This document shows, piece after piece, positions 36,610-48,756 of a DNA stretch of 64,000 nt. The stretch spans positions 434,001-498,000 of the forward strand of contig JAIVFI010000009.1 in assembly GCA_025558095.1 (NCBI GenBank), given 5' to 3'. The notes below the pieces were generated by a model. The model was given only the letters and a program-made list of their open reading frames with translations, was not told the DNA's origin and did no database searches. The stretch comes from Hyaloraphidium curvatum SAG 235-1. Taxonomy: Eukaryota; Fungi; Monoblepharomycota. The first letter of the stretch is position 1; every line of letters begins with the position of its first letter. The translations under genes and the position numbers were made by a program.

Positions 36610-38082
36610 ATGCCGTCGGGAGAGGGGCAGCGAGAGGGCGAGGGGCCACGAGGGAGGCAGCGAGGGGGCGCCGGCCGGCAGGCGCTCGACGAGGACCTCT
36701 ACGCCGACGCGGTGGCCGACATCATCCGCCGCGACTTCTTCCCCGACCTCGACGCGCTGCGCTTCAAGAACGCGTACCTCGACGCCGCGGCCGCGGGCGA
36801 CGTGGCGAAGCTGCGCGACGCGACGTTCGGCCTCGCGCAGCTGACCGCGCAGGGCGCCCGCACGCCGCTGGCCCCCGAGATGCTGCGCGGAATGGCCGCG
36901 CCGTCGCCGCACTCGAACCCCGAGCCGCCGGACGACGACGCCTCACTGGCAGGTGCCGAGGTCATTGACACGGACCTGCGGTTGGACGGCTTCCTGGGCC
37001 GCTACACCTCGGAGGACAACGCCTCATTCGGCGCGGTGCTGGACCGCCAGAATGAGAAGCGCCGCGAAAAGTACAGCTGGGCGTTTGACCCGGAGAAAAA
37101 AACGCTGCTGCTCCAGGACGATGGCGACCGGCCGAAGCTCATCACGGGCCCGCCGAGGCCGCAGGACGCCAACGCGGGGGCTCTGGTGTTGGCCTCGGCT
37201 GCCACGGAGGACCCGAAAGCACGGGAGTACTGGAGCTACAAAGCCAAGAACGAGCTCTTTTACTACCCGCCCGGCATTGAGGGCCAGTCGCTGCTGTCGG
37301 ACCGCGGGCCCGAGAAAGAGATCTCGCTGGCCAACACGCGGTTTCCGAAGAACGTCGAGACCCTCGAGGCCGAGGCACTGGAGCGCGAAAAGACGCAGGA
37401 GGTGTGGCGGGCAATGGCAGCCGCCACACCGGGGCTGTTTGCGGGCGGAGGTTTGTCTCTCTTGCTCTTCTGGCACAAACGGTGGAACTCTGCTGATCCC
37501 AGACCCCCAGCCACTCCTTCCTCCGGCGCAACGCCCAGCATCAACGGCCACTCCTTCGTGCCTTCGACCCCGACCCTGGCTCCCGGCGTAGACGTGGACC
37601 CCATCATGACGTGGGGCATGGTCGAGTCGACGCCGCTCCTCATCAGCGGCGCCGGCGATGACCCGGAAAAGGGACCCTCGTTCAAGCTCCCTCCGACCCC
37701 CAGGCGCGACGTGCTGGCGCACGAGATGGGCCGCTCTGCAGCCAAGTCCCTGCGTCAGCGCGCGGCGGCGCACAGCCCTGCCAACGTGATCCGGAAAACG
37801 ACCCCGGCGGGAACCACGCCTTCGGACCGGGCGCGGCTGCTCAGTCCCGCGGCGAGGCAATTCCTGCAAAAGAACAGGCTGGCCACGCCGCTGCAGTCGC
37901 CGTTGCAGACTCCGCTGCGGTCCCCTGCGGTGCGGACGCCGAGCGCCGCGAGGCAGCACACGCCGCAGATCCGGCGGCCCGGGGACCGGGACCGGCCCGC
38001 AGCACCGCCGGTCAAGGCGGCCGGGGAAGCAGAACACTCGGACATTACGGAGAATCTCCTGGATCTTGGCGGTAGCCGCTGA
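36610..38082 (+). CDS. ESS2: Splicing factor ESS-2/DGCR14 homolog
   Basis: LDEDLY..IIRRDFFPDL, LDGFLGRYTSEDNASF, AKNELFYYP, NTRF, PIMTWG. Confidence 0.92.
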   Translation: MPSGEGQREGEGPRGRQRGGAGRQALDEDLYADAVADIIRRDFFPDLDALRFKNAYLDAAAAGDVAKLRDATFGLAQLTAQGARTPLAPEMLRGMAAPSPHSNPEPPDDDASLAGAEVIDTDLRLDGFLGRYTSEDNASFGAVLDRQNEKRREKYSWAFDPEKKTLLLQDDGDRPKLITGPPRPQDANAGALVLASAATEDPKAREYWSYKAKNELFYYPPGIEGQSLLSDRGPEKEISLANTRFPKNVETLEAEALEREKTQEVWRAMAAATPGLFAGGGLSLLLFWHKRWNSADPRPPATPSSGATPSINGHSFVPSTPTLAPGVDVDPIMTWGMVESTPLLISGAGDDPEKGPSFKLPPTPRRDVLAHEMGRSAAKSLRQRAAAHSPANVIRKTTPAGTTPSDRARLLSPAARQFLQKNRLATPLQSPLQTPLRSPAVRTPSAARQHTPQIRRPGDRDRPAAPPVKAAGEAEHSDITENLLDLGGSR

Positions 38083-38186
38083 TTTGTTGACTCTGTCTGA
38101 CAACTGAAGCTGATCATTGAAATACAACTTAATGTTTCTCCTTCCCCAGCAATCCACCTGCAGCGTCGGCCGGCTCGACGCTTTCG

Positions 38187-39359
38187 TCAGAGCTTCGAAC
38201 CAGCCGCGTCTTTTTCCCAGAACTCGGCCTGTCCGTCCCGCACGACCACCGACTCCTTGCCCTTGCCCACGATCGCCGCCTCGAACACGACGATCCGCAC
38301 GCTCTCGCCGGTCTTCGGGATAGTGCGCCGGAACTGCTTCGCGCCTGGCTTGTACGACGACACCCCGCCGGCGCCCTTTGCGCCCCCCGCGGCGCCGAGC
38401 GGATCCCAGATCCGGACCTCCAGCTCGTCCCCCGGGATAACGGGGCCCGTGAACCGCACGTTGAGCGACCTCAACCGCGCGCCGTCGCCGTCGGCGCACG
38501 CGTCCGTGACGATCTTGCCCACGATCCCGAAGGTCGCGAGGCCGTGCAGGATCGGGCCTGGGAAGCCCGCCGCGATCGCGCCCTCGGGGCTGATGTGGAT
38601 CGGGTTGTCGTCGTGCGCGACCATCCGGTGGAGGGCGGCCTGCATCCGGTGGGTCTTGAACCAGACCGTGGTGGTGGGCGCCTCCCCGGCCGGGATGCCC
38701 AGGAGCACGTAGCCTTCGAGATCCGGGTCCGCCAGGCGGGAGAGCGGGTCCGCCGCACCCGCGGCGGGGGGGAGGCGCCGGCCGATCCCGCCCAGGCCGG
38801 GGGCGCCGATCAGCCCGGTGGTGTAGTTGGTGCAGAGCGGGCCCCCGATCTCGGTGCCGTCGGACCGGGCCTCGAACGTGTCGGATTTGGTGACCGTGAG
38901 CAGGCCCTTGTCGCCGTCGCGCTCGACCACGTCCGCCAGCGTGGCCACCGTCTTGAACGAGTTGAGCGCGGGGAAGGGGTGGGCGCCGCCGTCGTTGGGC
39001 CGCTTGGCGGACATGGTGGGAGACGGCAGCTTGCGGTGGATCACGAGCCTGTGCGAGAGGTGCACCAGGACCGGCGTGCCCGTGGGGGCCCGGGGCAGCT
39101 TGAAGGTGGACTTGCGCCAGGTCGTCCTGAACGACGGCGTCGTGAAGAAGGTCGGCAAGATCGCGAATCCCGTTCCCTGGGAGGCCGGCATCTCCTCCCA
39201 CACGAACTTGAGGTCCTTGGCGTCCTTCCGGATCACGTCCTCAGCTCCGACCGAGAGCGCGTACAGCACGATATCCATCGGCGAGAAGGCGATCGTTTCC
39301 GAAATCACGATGCCGCCGAGCTTGGCCGAGATGGCGGCCGCCGTGACGAGCTCGGCCAT
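38187..39359 (-). CDS. Peroxisomal 2-enoyl-CoA hydratase 2 / MaoC-like dehydratase
   Basis: LYALSVG, LPTF, DDNPIHISP, GFPGPILHGLATFG, RFTGPVIPGD; C-terminal SKL (PTS1). Confidence 0.88.
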   Translation of the reverse strand: MAELVTAAAISAKLGGIVISETIAFSPMDIVLYALSVGAEDVIRKDAKDLKFVWEEMPASQGTGFAILPTFFTTPSFRTTWRKSTFKLPRAPTGTPVLVHLSHRLVIHRKLPSPTMSAKRPNDGGAHPFPALNSFKTVATLADVVERDGDKGLLTVTKSDTFEARSDGTEIGGPLCTNYTTGLIGAPGLGGIGRRLPPAAGAADPLSRLADPDLEGYVLLGIPAGEAPTTTVWFKTHRMQAALHRMVAHDDNPIHISPEGAIAAGFPGPILHGLATFGIVGKIVTDACADGDGARLRSLNVRFTGPVIPGDELEVRIWDPLGAAGGAKGAGGVSSYKPGAKQFRRTIPKTGESVRIVVFEAAIVGKGKESVVVRDGQAEFWEKDAAGSKL

Positions 39360-39804
39360 TGCTGCTGCTGCCGTGAGCGAACCGCGCGTGGGAGACTCCG
39401 GTGGGGGACGACCGGAACCGCGTGATCGAGCACTCCATGCGACAACTAGTCTCGCCAGAAGTCGACCTACAATGCTCAAAAGCTTCCCCTGCTCTGGATG
39501 CGATAAGAGGCGCTTCGGTTTCTCCGCCAGGCCGTGCTCGTCGCGATCTGCAACCGCTCCAAGAGAAGACGCACGGAAAACACCGGGTAGAGAGTCATTG
39601 GAGGCCAAATAAGAGTTTTGCAAGTCAATAGGGAGCACATCCAGGCCTAAAAGTGGTGGGGAGAGAGAAAAAGGAAAAAACGGTTGCTCACGGCCGGCTT
39701 CGGGTGGGACCGGATGATCAGCCGGCCGTGCGCCGTTTTGTAGGCCGCTCCGCGAAAAGATACACGCAACAGCACGCAACCTCCTCCCTCGGTCTGCTTT
39801 GACG

Positions 39805-40589
39805 ATGCGAGTCTACTCCTCTCGCGAGCACTTCTATTCGCCCTGGTATCAAGTGAGCTGCCGCCCTCGGAACGCCGGGGATCTTCGCCCGCTCACCGTT
39901 CCTCCTCCTTCCTCTTCCAGGTCACTGCGGCGACTTTTCGCAAATATCCAAATCCGTTCTCGCCTCATGTAAGCTCTGTAGTTTGCCTCGCGGAACCTCT
40001 CGAACTCGCCTGCGCTCAGGTCATCGCTGTGGACACCCTCGACCGCCATGTCACGCCAGAGGGGATCCTCGTCACCGAGCGGCTCCTCACCTGCAAACAG
40101 AGCGTGCCTGCGCTCCTCCGACGGTGGTTTGGCTCGAAGCAGGACGACTCGGACGTCGCCTATGCTCTTGAGATCTCGGAGCTCGACTTGAACAAGCGGA
40201 CCTACACGGCGAGGTCCGTCAACCTCAACTTCCGCCATCTGATGGTGGGATCCGTCGCTGCGGCTTTCTGTGTCCGACATCTGACACCCTATTCTTCTTC
40301 TCAGAAAGTGGACGAGGAGATTGTCTTTGAGGAGGATCCGACGGACGTCTACCACACGAAAATGAGCCAGCGCGTGGAGGTGACGGCCCTTGGATCGATG
40401 GCCAAGGTCGGAAAGCTTGTGGAGGATTCGCTTGGTGAGCGTGCTCGCTGCATTGACCGTGATCGATCTAAGCGACTTTTCTTGGCAGTTGGCCGATACC
40501 AGAGCAACGCTTCGAACGGGAAGCGAGGCTTGGAGCACGTGCTGGACATTCTGTTCAAGGAATCGCGAGCTCCGGCAGAGGCAGCTTGA
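39805..40589 (+). CDS. PRELI/MSF1-domain mitochondrial lipid-transfer protein (Ups2-like)
   Basis: PWYQ|VTAATFRKYPNPFSPH|VIAVDTLDRHVTPEGILVTERLL, SNASNGKRGLE. Confidence 0.9.
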
Positions 40590-40810
40590 TTCTTCTTCTT
40601 GGTGGACTCTACTCTTCTTACGTCGCGGCGGACGCTACCGATAATGTTGTGCTCGATCATGGAGACTGGAGACGTGGATTTCTGCGGCACGGTCACGGAT
40701 GGATACCCAGAGTTTTGATTTACACATGATTTAGACCAGATCCGCATGTAGCGGGAACGAGAGCTGCTAGATCTCTTCGACATCCTCATTCGTGCGATGA
40801 CCAGGCCACT

Positions 40811-41359
40811 TCAGTGCCGGATGCCCAATCGCTTCTCCATTGCCTCGCGATCGGCTATCCGCACGGTCAACGGCCTGTCGAAAGCAATCGATCGCTTGCC
40901 CTCGGTCCGGATGACCGTTCCAATACTGCCGTCCGTGTGTCAACTACTGTCGCGACTGTAGACGAGGAACCAGACCCACCCCATGAAGAAACCGAATGAC
41001 GCGGCCGACGAGAACATGTACTTGCCGATGCTGCGAATGTAGCCATTCGGCCCCGGGCCGTAGCTGCGGTCCAGGCGGGGCGCCTTAGCCTTCGATGCCC
41101 ATCGACCGCCGACACCCGGAAACCGACCGCAGAACCGCGTAGCTGCCAAAGAGGAAACCGATGCACATCCCAACAGTGCCGCCCATGAGTGCCCCCATCT
41201 TCCATTTGTCGAACCTATGAAATAGGGAGCGATGGTGTGAGGGAAGGTCGGGAACGATGAATCGCTCCACGGGGTCCAACCACGTAGGCTACGTGCGGAG
41301 CGTCAGGATGAGAGTCAGAGAGCCGCAGTCAAAGAACTCACTTCTCGGTACGGGTTCAT
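40811..41359 (-). CDS. MGR2: ROMO1/Mgr2 mitochondrial inner-membrane protein
   Basis: FDKWKMGALMGGTVG..GFLFG, GPGPNGYIRSIGKYM, FGFFMG|IGTVIR. Confidence 0.92.
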
Positions 41360-41457
41360 CTTGGGACTCGGGCGAGATGGTGAGAAGAGATGGGCGGAGG
41401 CCCGATCACTCACACCTCCGCGCTCGTACCGAACTTCGGCTGTCCCCCGCCGGCGAC

Positions 41458-41784
41458 ATGACTTTCGCGTTGAGAGCTCCGCATTCTTCATGGCGTAGGC
41501 TGGACGCTATTGCCGACCATCTGAGTTCTGCTGGGACGGACAGGCCGCGGCAGGAGGGGACCGGGCACGATCCGGTTTCGCTGGACCGACGCGACCCGGC
41601 GAGCTCCCTGGCGTCCTCTGCGGACGATGCCCGGCCCATTAGCCTGCTAGGATCGAAGAAATTTCCAGCGGAGCCCGCGACGAACGTGGACCTGGACTTT
41701 ACCGTCATGGTGGAGATCAATGACCCAGACTCGAAGCCCTTCGGAAGCACTGGAAAGCGGCCACGTCTCCGCGGCCGTCTTTGA
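41458..41784 (+). CDS. Possible short hypothetical protein
   Basis: ATG-initiated ORF 98 bp from the MGR2 start, fitting the divergent-pair pattern; no recognisable family. Confidence 0.3.
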   Translation: MTFALRAPHSSWRRLDAIADHLSSAGTDRPRQEGTGHDPVSLDRRDPASSLASSADDARPISLLGSKKFPAEPATNVDLDFTVMVEINDPDSKPFGSTGKRPRLRGRL

Positions 41785-41892
41785 CCTTGAATGGTGGTTG
41801 ATGCTTCATGTGCGGCCGAGGACCTCGGGTTGCAATGAGTTGGACGGCGCGTGAAAGGACACCGGGCTTGCAGCGCGTTGCAGCGCGATCAG

Positions 41893-43577
41893 TTACCACA
41901 GCGATACAGTGTAGACGCCCGAAGGGCCCGCAGCCACGTCGGAAAGCTGAACGGGAGATACTACATCGGCAGCCGATTCTCTCGGTGGCGAAGACGACAG
42001 CGTCTCATCTCCCGCCCAAGTGCCTCCTCTCGCTGACGCCTCGTCCAAAAGCTCCACTAGCTCAGCTGGCGTTTGGCCGGGAAGAAGGCCCAGGGGGGTC
42101 GGCGTGGCGTACATGTCGGCAGGCAGGAGCCTCCAACCAGTTGGAGCAAGGCCCTCTTCTCCACAGTTCCCTTCGGCAAGCTCGGGCTGGGATGGGTCCT
42201 TTGCGTCCAATATGCGCTGATTCAGCAATCGTTGGAGCTCCGCTAGGTCGCCCAATTGCTTCGATCCGCTGATGTTCGAGCCATGGTCCCTAGTTTGGTC
42301 CACGGAAGAAAGGTGCGGCCGCAAGCTCTCAAGAACCGCGTTGTGCTCGGGAAAACGAGCGCCCAAAGCCGACAAGCATGGAACGCACTCGTGCGCCGGG
42401 GTCTCCAGAAGCCCACGAATCAACACACGAGCTGAATCTGCCCTTAATGGTAGAACATCAATCATCAGAGATACGTGAGCAGGTGCTGTCCGAACGGAGT
42501 ATGTCTGAGATTGCTGCATCGATCCTCAACGAGCTTTACCTAGAACCGGCTGACCGGTTGCGACCCGCTTCCCCCAAACAATGTCCGCAGCATCAGCTAT
42601 CAAGTTTGCCGAGAAGTGAGGCCACACCTCGTTGAGCCTTTTGACGAGAGTAGCCCACAAAGAAAGCCGCGCATGAACCGCCTCCCGTGGCGCCCTTCTG
42701 GCAGCGAGCAGTAAGCGGGCAAGGAATCGATGCGCTTGACGACCTACGCTACCTTTTTGGAGGCAAGAGGCGCCCGGGCCGCAATGTTCCCGACACGATG
42801 TGCCGGCGCCAGCCACCTAGAGAAAGCAGTTTCGAGGCCACAGCTTTCGTCGAACCGGGCTCCCCGGCCACTTTGCCTTCATCCAGCATGGCGTTCACCG
42901 CTGCACTAAACTCCTCCAGCAGGTCCTCCACCTCGGCCATGGCCCGGGACTCCTCGTCGGCCCGCACTCTCCAGTAAAACGAATTGAGCCAGTCTAACGC
43001 TTGCCGACAACCACTTCTCAACAGGGGGAGGCTGGGCAGCTTGTCGTGCGTGCCAGCATGGCGTAAATCCACGAACCACGCGGGAAGATTCAGCTGCTCC
43101 GCGATGCTTGCAACGGAACGAGCGTACTGGGACTTTTGCTCGGGATCGACGAGCCCGTTGACGAATCTGAGGCATGCGCTCAGCCTCCCGACATCGCAGG
43201 TTGACGATTAAAGTCCCGACAGTACCGGATAAAGACCATCGTGTACATGAGACGCAGCTCATGGTCCGTGACGGCGCTGCGTTCGCCCACAGAGCCCTTG
43301 AGGTCCTCATTCCGCTCATCCCGGAGCTGGACCTCGACAAATGATGCCGTCACATCAGCGGCATGTGGTACTTTTCCACGGCTCCTCCAGGTCTTGACCT
43401 GGCAATGCCATTGCGAAATGTCAAACTGACGCTTCGTTGTCAAAGTTCTCTGAATCCAACCCTCTGGACGCCCCGCTGTCGCCTAATCGTGCCATCGGCA
43501 GGGGCATAGAGATCCGCATACACGTTTCGCCACTCTTTCTCGTCCGCCCAGGGAACGGGACGGAGAGAAGACGGCAT
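41893..43577 (-). CDS. LAS1: Las1 HEPN pre-rRNA endonuclease; 3' end approximate
   Basis: VPWADEKEW, WRSRGKVPHA, RFVNGLVD, LPAWFVDLRHAGTH (RxxxxH), ALDWLNSFYW. Confidence 0.9.
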
Positions 43578-43692
43578 CACGTGCGGTAAGGGATCGGGGC
43601 GTTCCCCGGCTTGTTCCCCGCCCGTGAACCCAAACAACGCCAGTTGCGACGGTTGCTCTGACCCTGGTGGAGAACCACGCCTTGCCGCAACG

Positions 43693-44660
43693 ATGGGGCA
43701 GCCTGCTGAGCGTGCTACGGCCGCCGACCACCCAGCATCGACAGGGTACGAAGCGCCCTGGCCTGCTCGGCCCGCATCTCATCGCTCGTCGCTCACGCTT
43801 TGCATTCGTCCCCTAAAGCGCGGCGGCTGGGTCGTCAGCATCGAACGATGCTACGGCAAGCACTCCTAGCCGGCAGTTTGGCAAGGAGACGCTTGTTATC
43901 TTCGTTCTCGGAGGTGCGCTCTGCCAATTAGCCTTTCTCGGAACACCGTTGACCAGGCCGCGACGACGCCCATATGCCCTGCCCTTTCGTTCCACCGTGA
44001 TGCAGGCCCCGGAGCAGGCAAGGGGACTCAGTGCGAGCGTCTGGTCCGGGACTACGACTTTAGCCATCTCTCTGGTACGTGGCGCGCCCGACACCTAGAG
44101 CCGGGAACCAACGGACGCTGGCATCGACAGCCGGGGATCTCTTGCGGGAGGAGCGGAATCGGGAAGGGAGCGAGTACGGGGATCTGATCAACGACTACAT
44201 CAAGAACGGGCTCATCGTGCCCATGGAGATCACTATTGCCCTGCTCTCGAACGCCATGGCGAAGGCGAAAACGAAACGCTTCCTCATCGACGGCTTCCCG
44301 CGCAAAATCGACCAGGCCGAGAAGTTCGAGGAGACGGTGGCCGAGGCATCGCTCGTGCTGTACTTTGAATGCTCCGAGGACGAGATGCTGCGGCGACTGA
44401 CGGTCCGCGGCGAAACCTCGGGACGGGTGGACGACAACATCGACAGCATCAAGAAGCGCTTTGTCACTTTCCGGGAGACTTCGTTCCCGGTCATTGAAGG
44501 TAAGAGTCTCTCCCTTGAAGCCCTCACTGTACTGACGCCTTTCCGCGCAGCCTACGAGGCACAAGGCAAGGTCCGCACCGTCTCTGCGATGGACACGATA
44601 GACAACGTCTACGCCGCCACGCGCGGGATCATAGATGAGCTGGTGGCTAAGTCCGAGTAG
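43693..44660 (+). CDS. URA6: UMP-CMP kinase; start uncertain
   Basis: IFVLG|GPGAGKGTQC, AGDLLREE, FLIDGFPR, GRVDDN.DSIKKRF. Confidence 0.92.
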
Positions 44661-44737
44661 CTAACATGGGTATAGACTGAGATATTCGATCGACGATTAC
44701 ATGCTTCCGTTCACTCGACGTGGGTATCGAACCAGCA

Positions 44738-46453
44738 TCATCCTTGCGCCGAGAGGGCGCCGATATCCAGATCCAGAACGGCGCGCTCCTCCAGTGGGGA
44801 ATTGGATGCGACGATGGCGGCAGAGTGGCCGGGCCCACCGACCGAGACCTCGAAGCAGCCGAAACCCTGCGCCCGTATTTCCGCCATGACCTTGTCAACA
44901 AGGTCTTGCGGCGTGCCTGTGAATGGAGGAGCACTGACTGAGCACGAACGGTGCCCGATCTGCGCAAGTGCGACCACGCACCATCGGGTACCAATGTAAG
45001 TGCACATCCTCCGCCGCCGCCTCCGGTCAGCTTGGAAGCTAATCCGTGCCTTGCGGTGATGGAGCGCACGGATTCGAGCGTCGGATGGCTCGTCCCTAGC
45101 GCGGACAGAAGCGAGTGGTTCATGTCGACGAGCAGCTGATGTGTTGGGAGAGTGAACTCGATGCGCTAGGCGTAGTCCATCGGAAGCCCTCCTACCTGAA
45201 GCCGCCCCTGAATTTCCTCTCTGGAAGCTGCGTGCCAAGAGGCGACAGGAATTACTCAACCGCCGTGCGGGCCTTCACGTAGCCATACATGTCAACACCA
45301 ACCTCCCGACACAAACAGGGATTTGCACGTCGTGCTCACGGCACCAATGGCCTCGATGATGGGGTCGACAAGATCCGGCAGCTGATCCAACGGGTCACTC
45401 GTTGGCCCATTGCTTGAAAACCGACTGTACCTCGTCCCGCCGTTTCCGCACGTTCGCCACCTGCAGCATGGTGTTTTTCGGCACGTTGGTGTTTGTTATC
45501 AAGAAGGTTGAGGCCTCGAACCCGGGGACGTCGTCCACTTGCGCCTTGCCCCGCGTGAACATTTTGGCTCCACCTTGCAGAGGAGGTTAGACGATCGGCG
45601 AGGGCAAGACTGACGTGCGTGACCCAAACCGTAGGTGCAAAGAGTGTTGTCGATGCCGGAAGGGTTGCCGTGGATGACCTTTTCCGCCATGAAAGCCCAA
45701 CCGTTGATAGTGGCAGGGTCTGGCTGGGCAATGTCGGGGCCTTGCGCTGAGCCCAAAGCACCAAAGAGACAAAGGAGTCCCGCCGAGATCACGACACTGT
45801 ACGAGGCAGAAGAACCCAGCCCTGCGCCCACAGGCAGAGCGGACCTGACTACCACCGACACGCTCGTGTTGTCGCTGGGGTGCGAAAGAAGCGATTGGCC
45901 GACAATCAGGATCCAGATGAGGGTACAAGAAGGGAAAGTAGGCGCACCGATGTGTAGACAGCGAGCAGTAGAGGTAGAGGAAGGCGACTGCGGCGGGGAG
46001 CTGGTTCGCGCCCCGGAGTGGTTCCGGCACGAGGGCCTGCAACTGGGCTGCCATCTCATCCGAGACGGGTTGCGGGTCGGAAGATGAGGTCTCTGTGTCA
46101 AAGGCATCGCAGCAATGAGCTGGAGACCCAATTTGAGGTTGACAAGTGGCCCGCACCTCCCGACCGAGGTGCGGCCGAAGCCAACGACGCGGTGTCCCAC
46201 GTGGCATCGAATCCAATATCCGGCAGCTGCAGCCGCACTACGGGCGTCGTCGTGCTTTCGGAACTCTCAAAGAGGCCGTACGTTCGGAGGTCAATGCTGA
46301 CCGCGATGGCGGGCTAGAGAGGGGTGGGAGAGGGGAAAAGGTCCACCGCTGCTACGAAGGTAATCGCGCCCGCGAGAAGCCGACCTTGCCGTAGACGACC
46401 CCATGCTCGCCAAAGAGAATGACTTTGCCCGGCGCGGAGGCCAGGACCTTCAT
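44738..46453 (-). CDS. ERG12: Mevalonate kinase
   Basis: SAPGKVILFGEHGVVYGK, LPVGAGLGSSAS, EKVIHGNPSGIDN, SKLTGGGGGGC. Confidence 0.95.
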
Positions 46454-47879
46454 TCTTTCTAGGGTTGCGCGTATTGGCGGCGACGGCGGGGATTTCGGTC
46501 CCCACACACAACAACACGACACCATGGGGGCATCCACGTCTTCAGTAGTCCAGCGGACCTGCCACACGTTTCTCTGTACGTTTCTTCACCAATACGTCCA
46601 GTGGACGTTCACTGATGCGATTTGGGTTTGGACGTCAGGTGATGCCTTCCCAACTCGCTGTGACTCCCCGGAATCGTCCCTACCCGTCCAAAACGCTCCA
46701 TTGGCTGCCAAACTCCTGCCGTACCCTTGAGCAAGGTTACATGCATCTGTTTCGGAGTCATTAGGAAAGATATTGATTGCACATTTTGGTTTCTCCGCTG
46801 AGGAGGGAAACTGCTAGAGGCGCCCATTGCAACTGCCACACGGTGGTCTCCAAACACTCCAGGTGTCTCTAGGCACGGGACATGGCAATCAGGTAGCGGA
46901 GAAAGAGCGTCCTTGCTCTTAGACATGCTAAGCCCTAGACGTTCGTCGCCCTCCCCCGACCTCCCTCGGCCAATCTCGCCTTGGTGCCATTCAAAACCCT
47001 GGGCGCTCCATTATCCAGTCCGCGGAGAGCTGCTGTCCCGGGGTTTGGTGACAATCAAGCGCCAGTCCTCGCCGCGCTCGTTTGCAGGCGCTTTCGCCCC
47101 GTTCTCGTCGACCAATCGACGGTCAAGATTCGGACCAGCGCAACCCTGGGAGGGAACATTGATATTCATGTGCTTCTCAAGTCTCCCCCTTGATGCAGGT
47201 TGTTGCCGACCACGATGACACCGGTGCCAGTGACCAGTTTCCGTGCCCGGCGAACCGCCTCGAAGCTCCCCCGGGCACCAATGCTGGGTCGTGGCACACG
47301 CGGGATTCAACCAGACAACTTTGGTTCATCGTTGGCTGGCCTTGGCGACGGGGATTCGCTACGGTTGAAGGTGGCCCCCCCCCTCGGCCCAGCCAGGTGG
47401 TGACGGTGCGCTTGGTTTCGGCCTCCCGGCGATCCACAATCGCTGAGGAAGGCATCGACGAGGCCGTATCCATCGGGGAACGGGATATTGCCCTTGGAGA
47501 TGGTTTCCGGGTGCCGAGCCACGGGCGAAGCCGTCATCTGGCACGGGACGTCGCGTCGCACGAAGGCATCCGGGCCAGGCGCGACGGCGTCGAATCCCGC
47601 GGCCAGGCGCCGCTGGGAAACGCGCTGAGCGGGCTCCGGCGGATATTTTTGGCCAAGCACGAGTGGAGCTGCGGGGACCACGGATTCGCTGATGGGGAGT
47701 GATTGGACGAAATGGAGATTGGCATGACGAACACGGACCTTGAAACCGTCGACTCTCGTCGCGGCACCCACACCGCGCGCGTGGTGCCGGCTCCTGCACC
47801 CCCTCGCGCACGCGCATTCCGCGCCGCACCGCGTTTTGCCAGCGTCGGCGCGGCCGGACTTGGCTCGCGGACGCCCGGC
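46080..47879. repeat. Segmental duplication, copy 1 (~1.8 kb)
   Basis: Near-identical to 48757-50552 (offset about 2677). Confidence 0.92.
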
Positions 47880-48249
47880 GGGGCTTGGGGCCGCAAGAAG
47901 GCCGCGACCGGTGCGGCGATTGCGGGCGAGGAACGGGGCACGGCCGAGGCGGATGGTGACGACGACGAGATGGAGGAGGAGGGCGAGGAATAGAAGGGTC
48001 CCATTGGGGGTGGGGAACCCTGGGACAGCTGAAGGTGAAAGAGACCACACCCGCGTTCGTGCACGCCTGGGGCCTCTGTGCCGACGGCTTTTAAGGGTGG
48101 GGACGCAGTGGATTTCGACCTCCCTGTTCCTGCCTACGTGGCGCGCCTCGCAGACGACGGCGGCCGGACTGGGAGTACTTGGAGGGACGGACCGCAGTCA
48201 GGTTTAGAAGTACGAATATATATGTCACGATTTCCCGACTCTGTCGCTC

Positions 48250-48752
48250 CGAACGCTCCATTGGCTGCCAAACTCCTGCCGTATCCTTGAGCAAGATTAC
48301 ATGCATGTTTCGGAGTCATTAGGGAAGATATTGATTGCACAATTCAGTTCTCCGCTGAGGAGGGTAATGCTAGAGGCGCCAATGGACTTTGCAACTGCCT
48401 CGGTGGTCTCCAAACACTCCAGGTGTCTCTAGGCACGGGACATGGCAATTAGGTAGCGGACAAAGAGCGTCCTGCTCTTAGACAGGCTAAGCCCTAGACG
48501 TTCGTCGCCCTCCCCCGACTTCCCTCGGCCAATCTCGCCTTGGTGCCCTCCAAAACCCTGGGCGCTCCTTTATCCAGTCCGCGGAGAGCTGCTGTCCCGG
48601 GGCACGGTGACAATTGATCGCCAGTCCTCGCCGCGCTGGTTTCCAGGCGCTTGCGCTCCTTTCCCGTCGACCAATCGACGGTCAAGATTCGGATCAGCGC
48701 ATCTTTGGGAGGCAACATTGATCACGTGCTTCTCAAAGTCCGCTTGATGCAG
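48250..48752. repeat. Diverged third copy of a ~500-bp repeat (other copies at ~46690-47200 and ~49368-49875)
   Basis: aacgctccattggctgccaaactcctgccgta...cttgatgcag occurs three times. Confidence 0.85.
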
Positions 48753-48756
48753 ATCA

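Noticed and set aside
34423-39201. Long antisense ORFs (510 aa, 725 aa)
   Set aside because: Shadows of GC3-rich real genes on the opposite strand or in another frame; compositionally biased and without motifs.
46797-46812. CTGAGGAGGGAAA as a hammerhead core in the 500-bp repeat
   Set aside because: No room for stem II, and GAAA is absent in the diverged copy.
47440-47730. - strand PLVLGQK...ARHPETI...LVDAFL as a second UDG-like remnant (also at ~50120-50400)
   Set aside because: Only two short weak motifs, with stops nearby and no upstream motif A.
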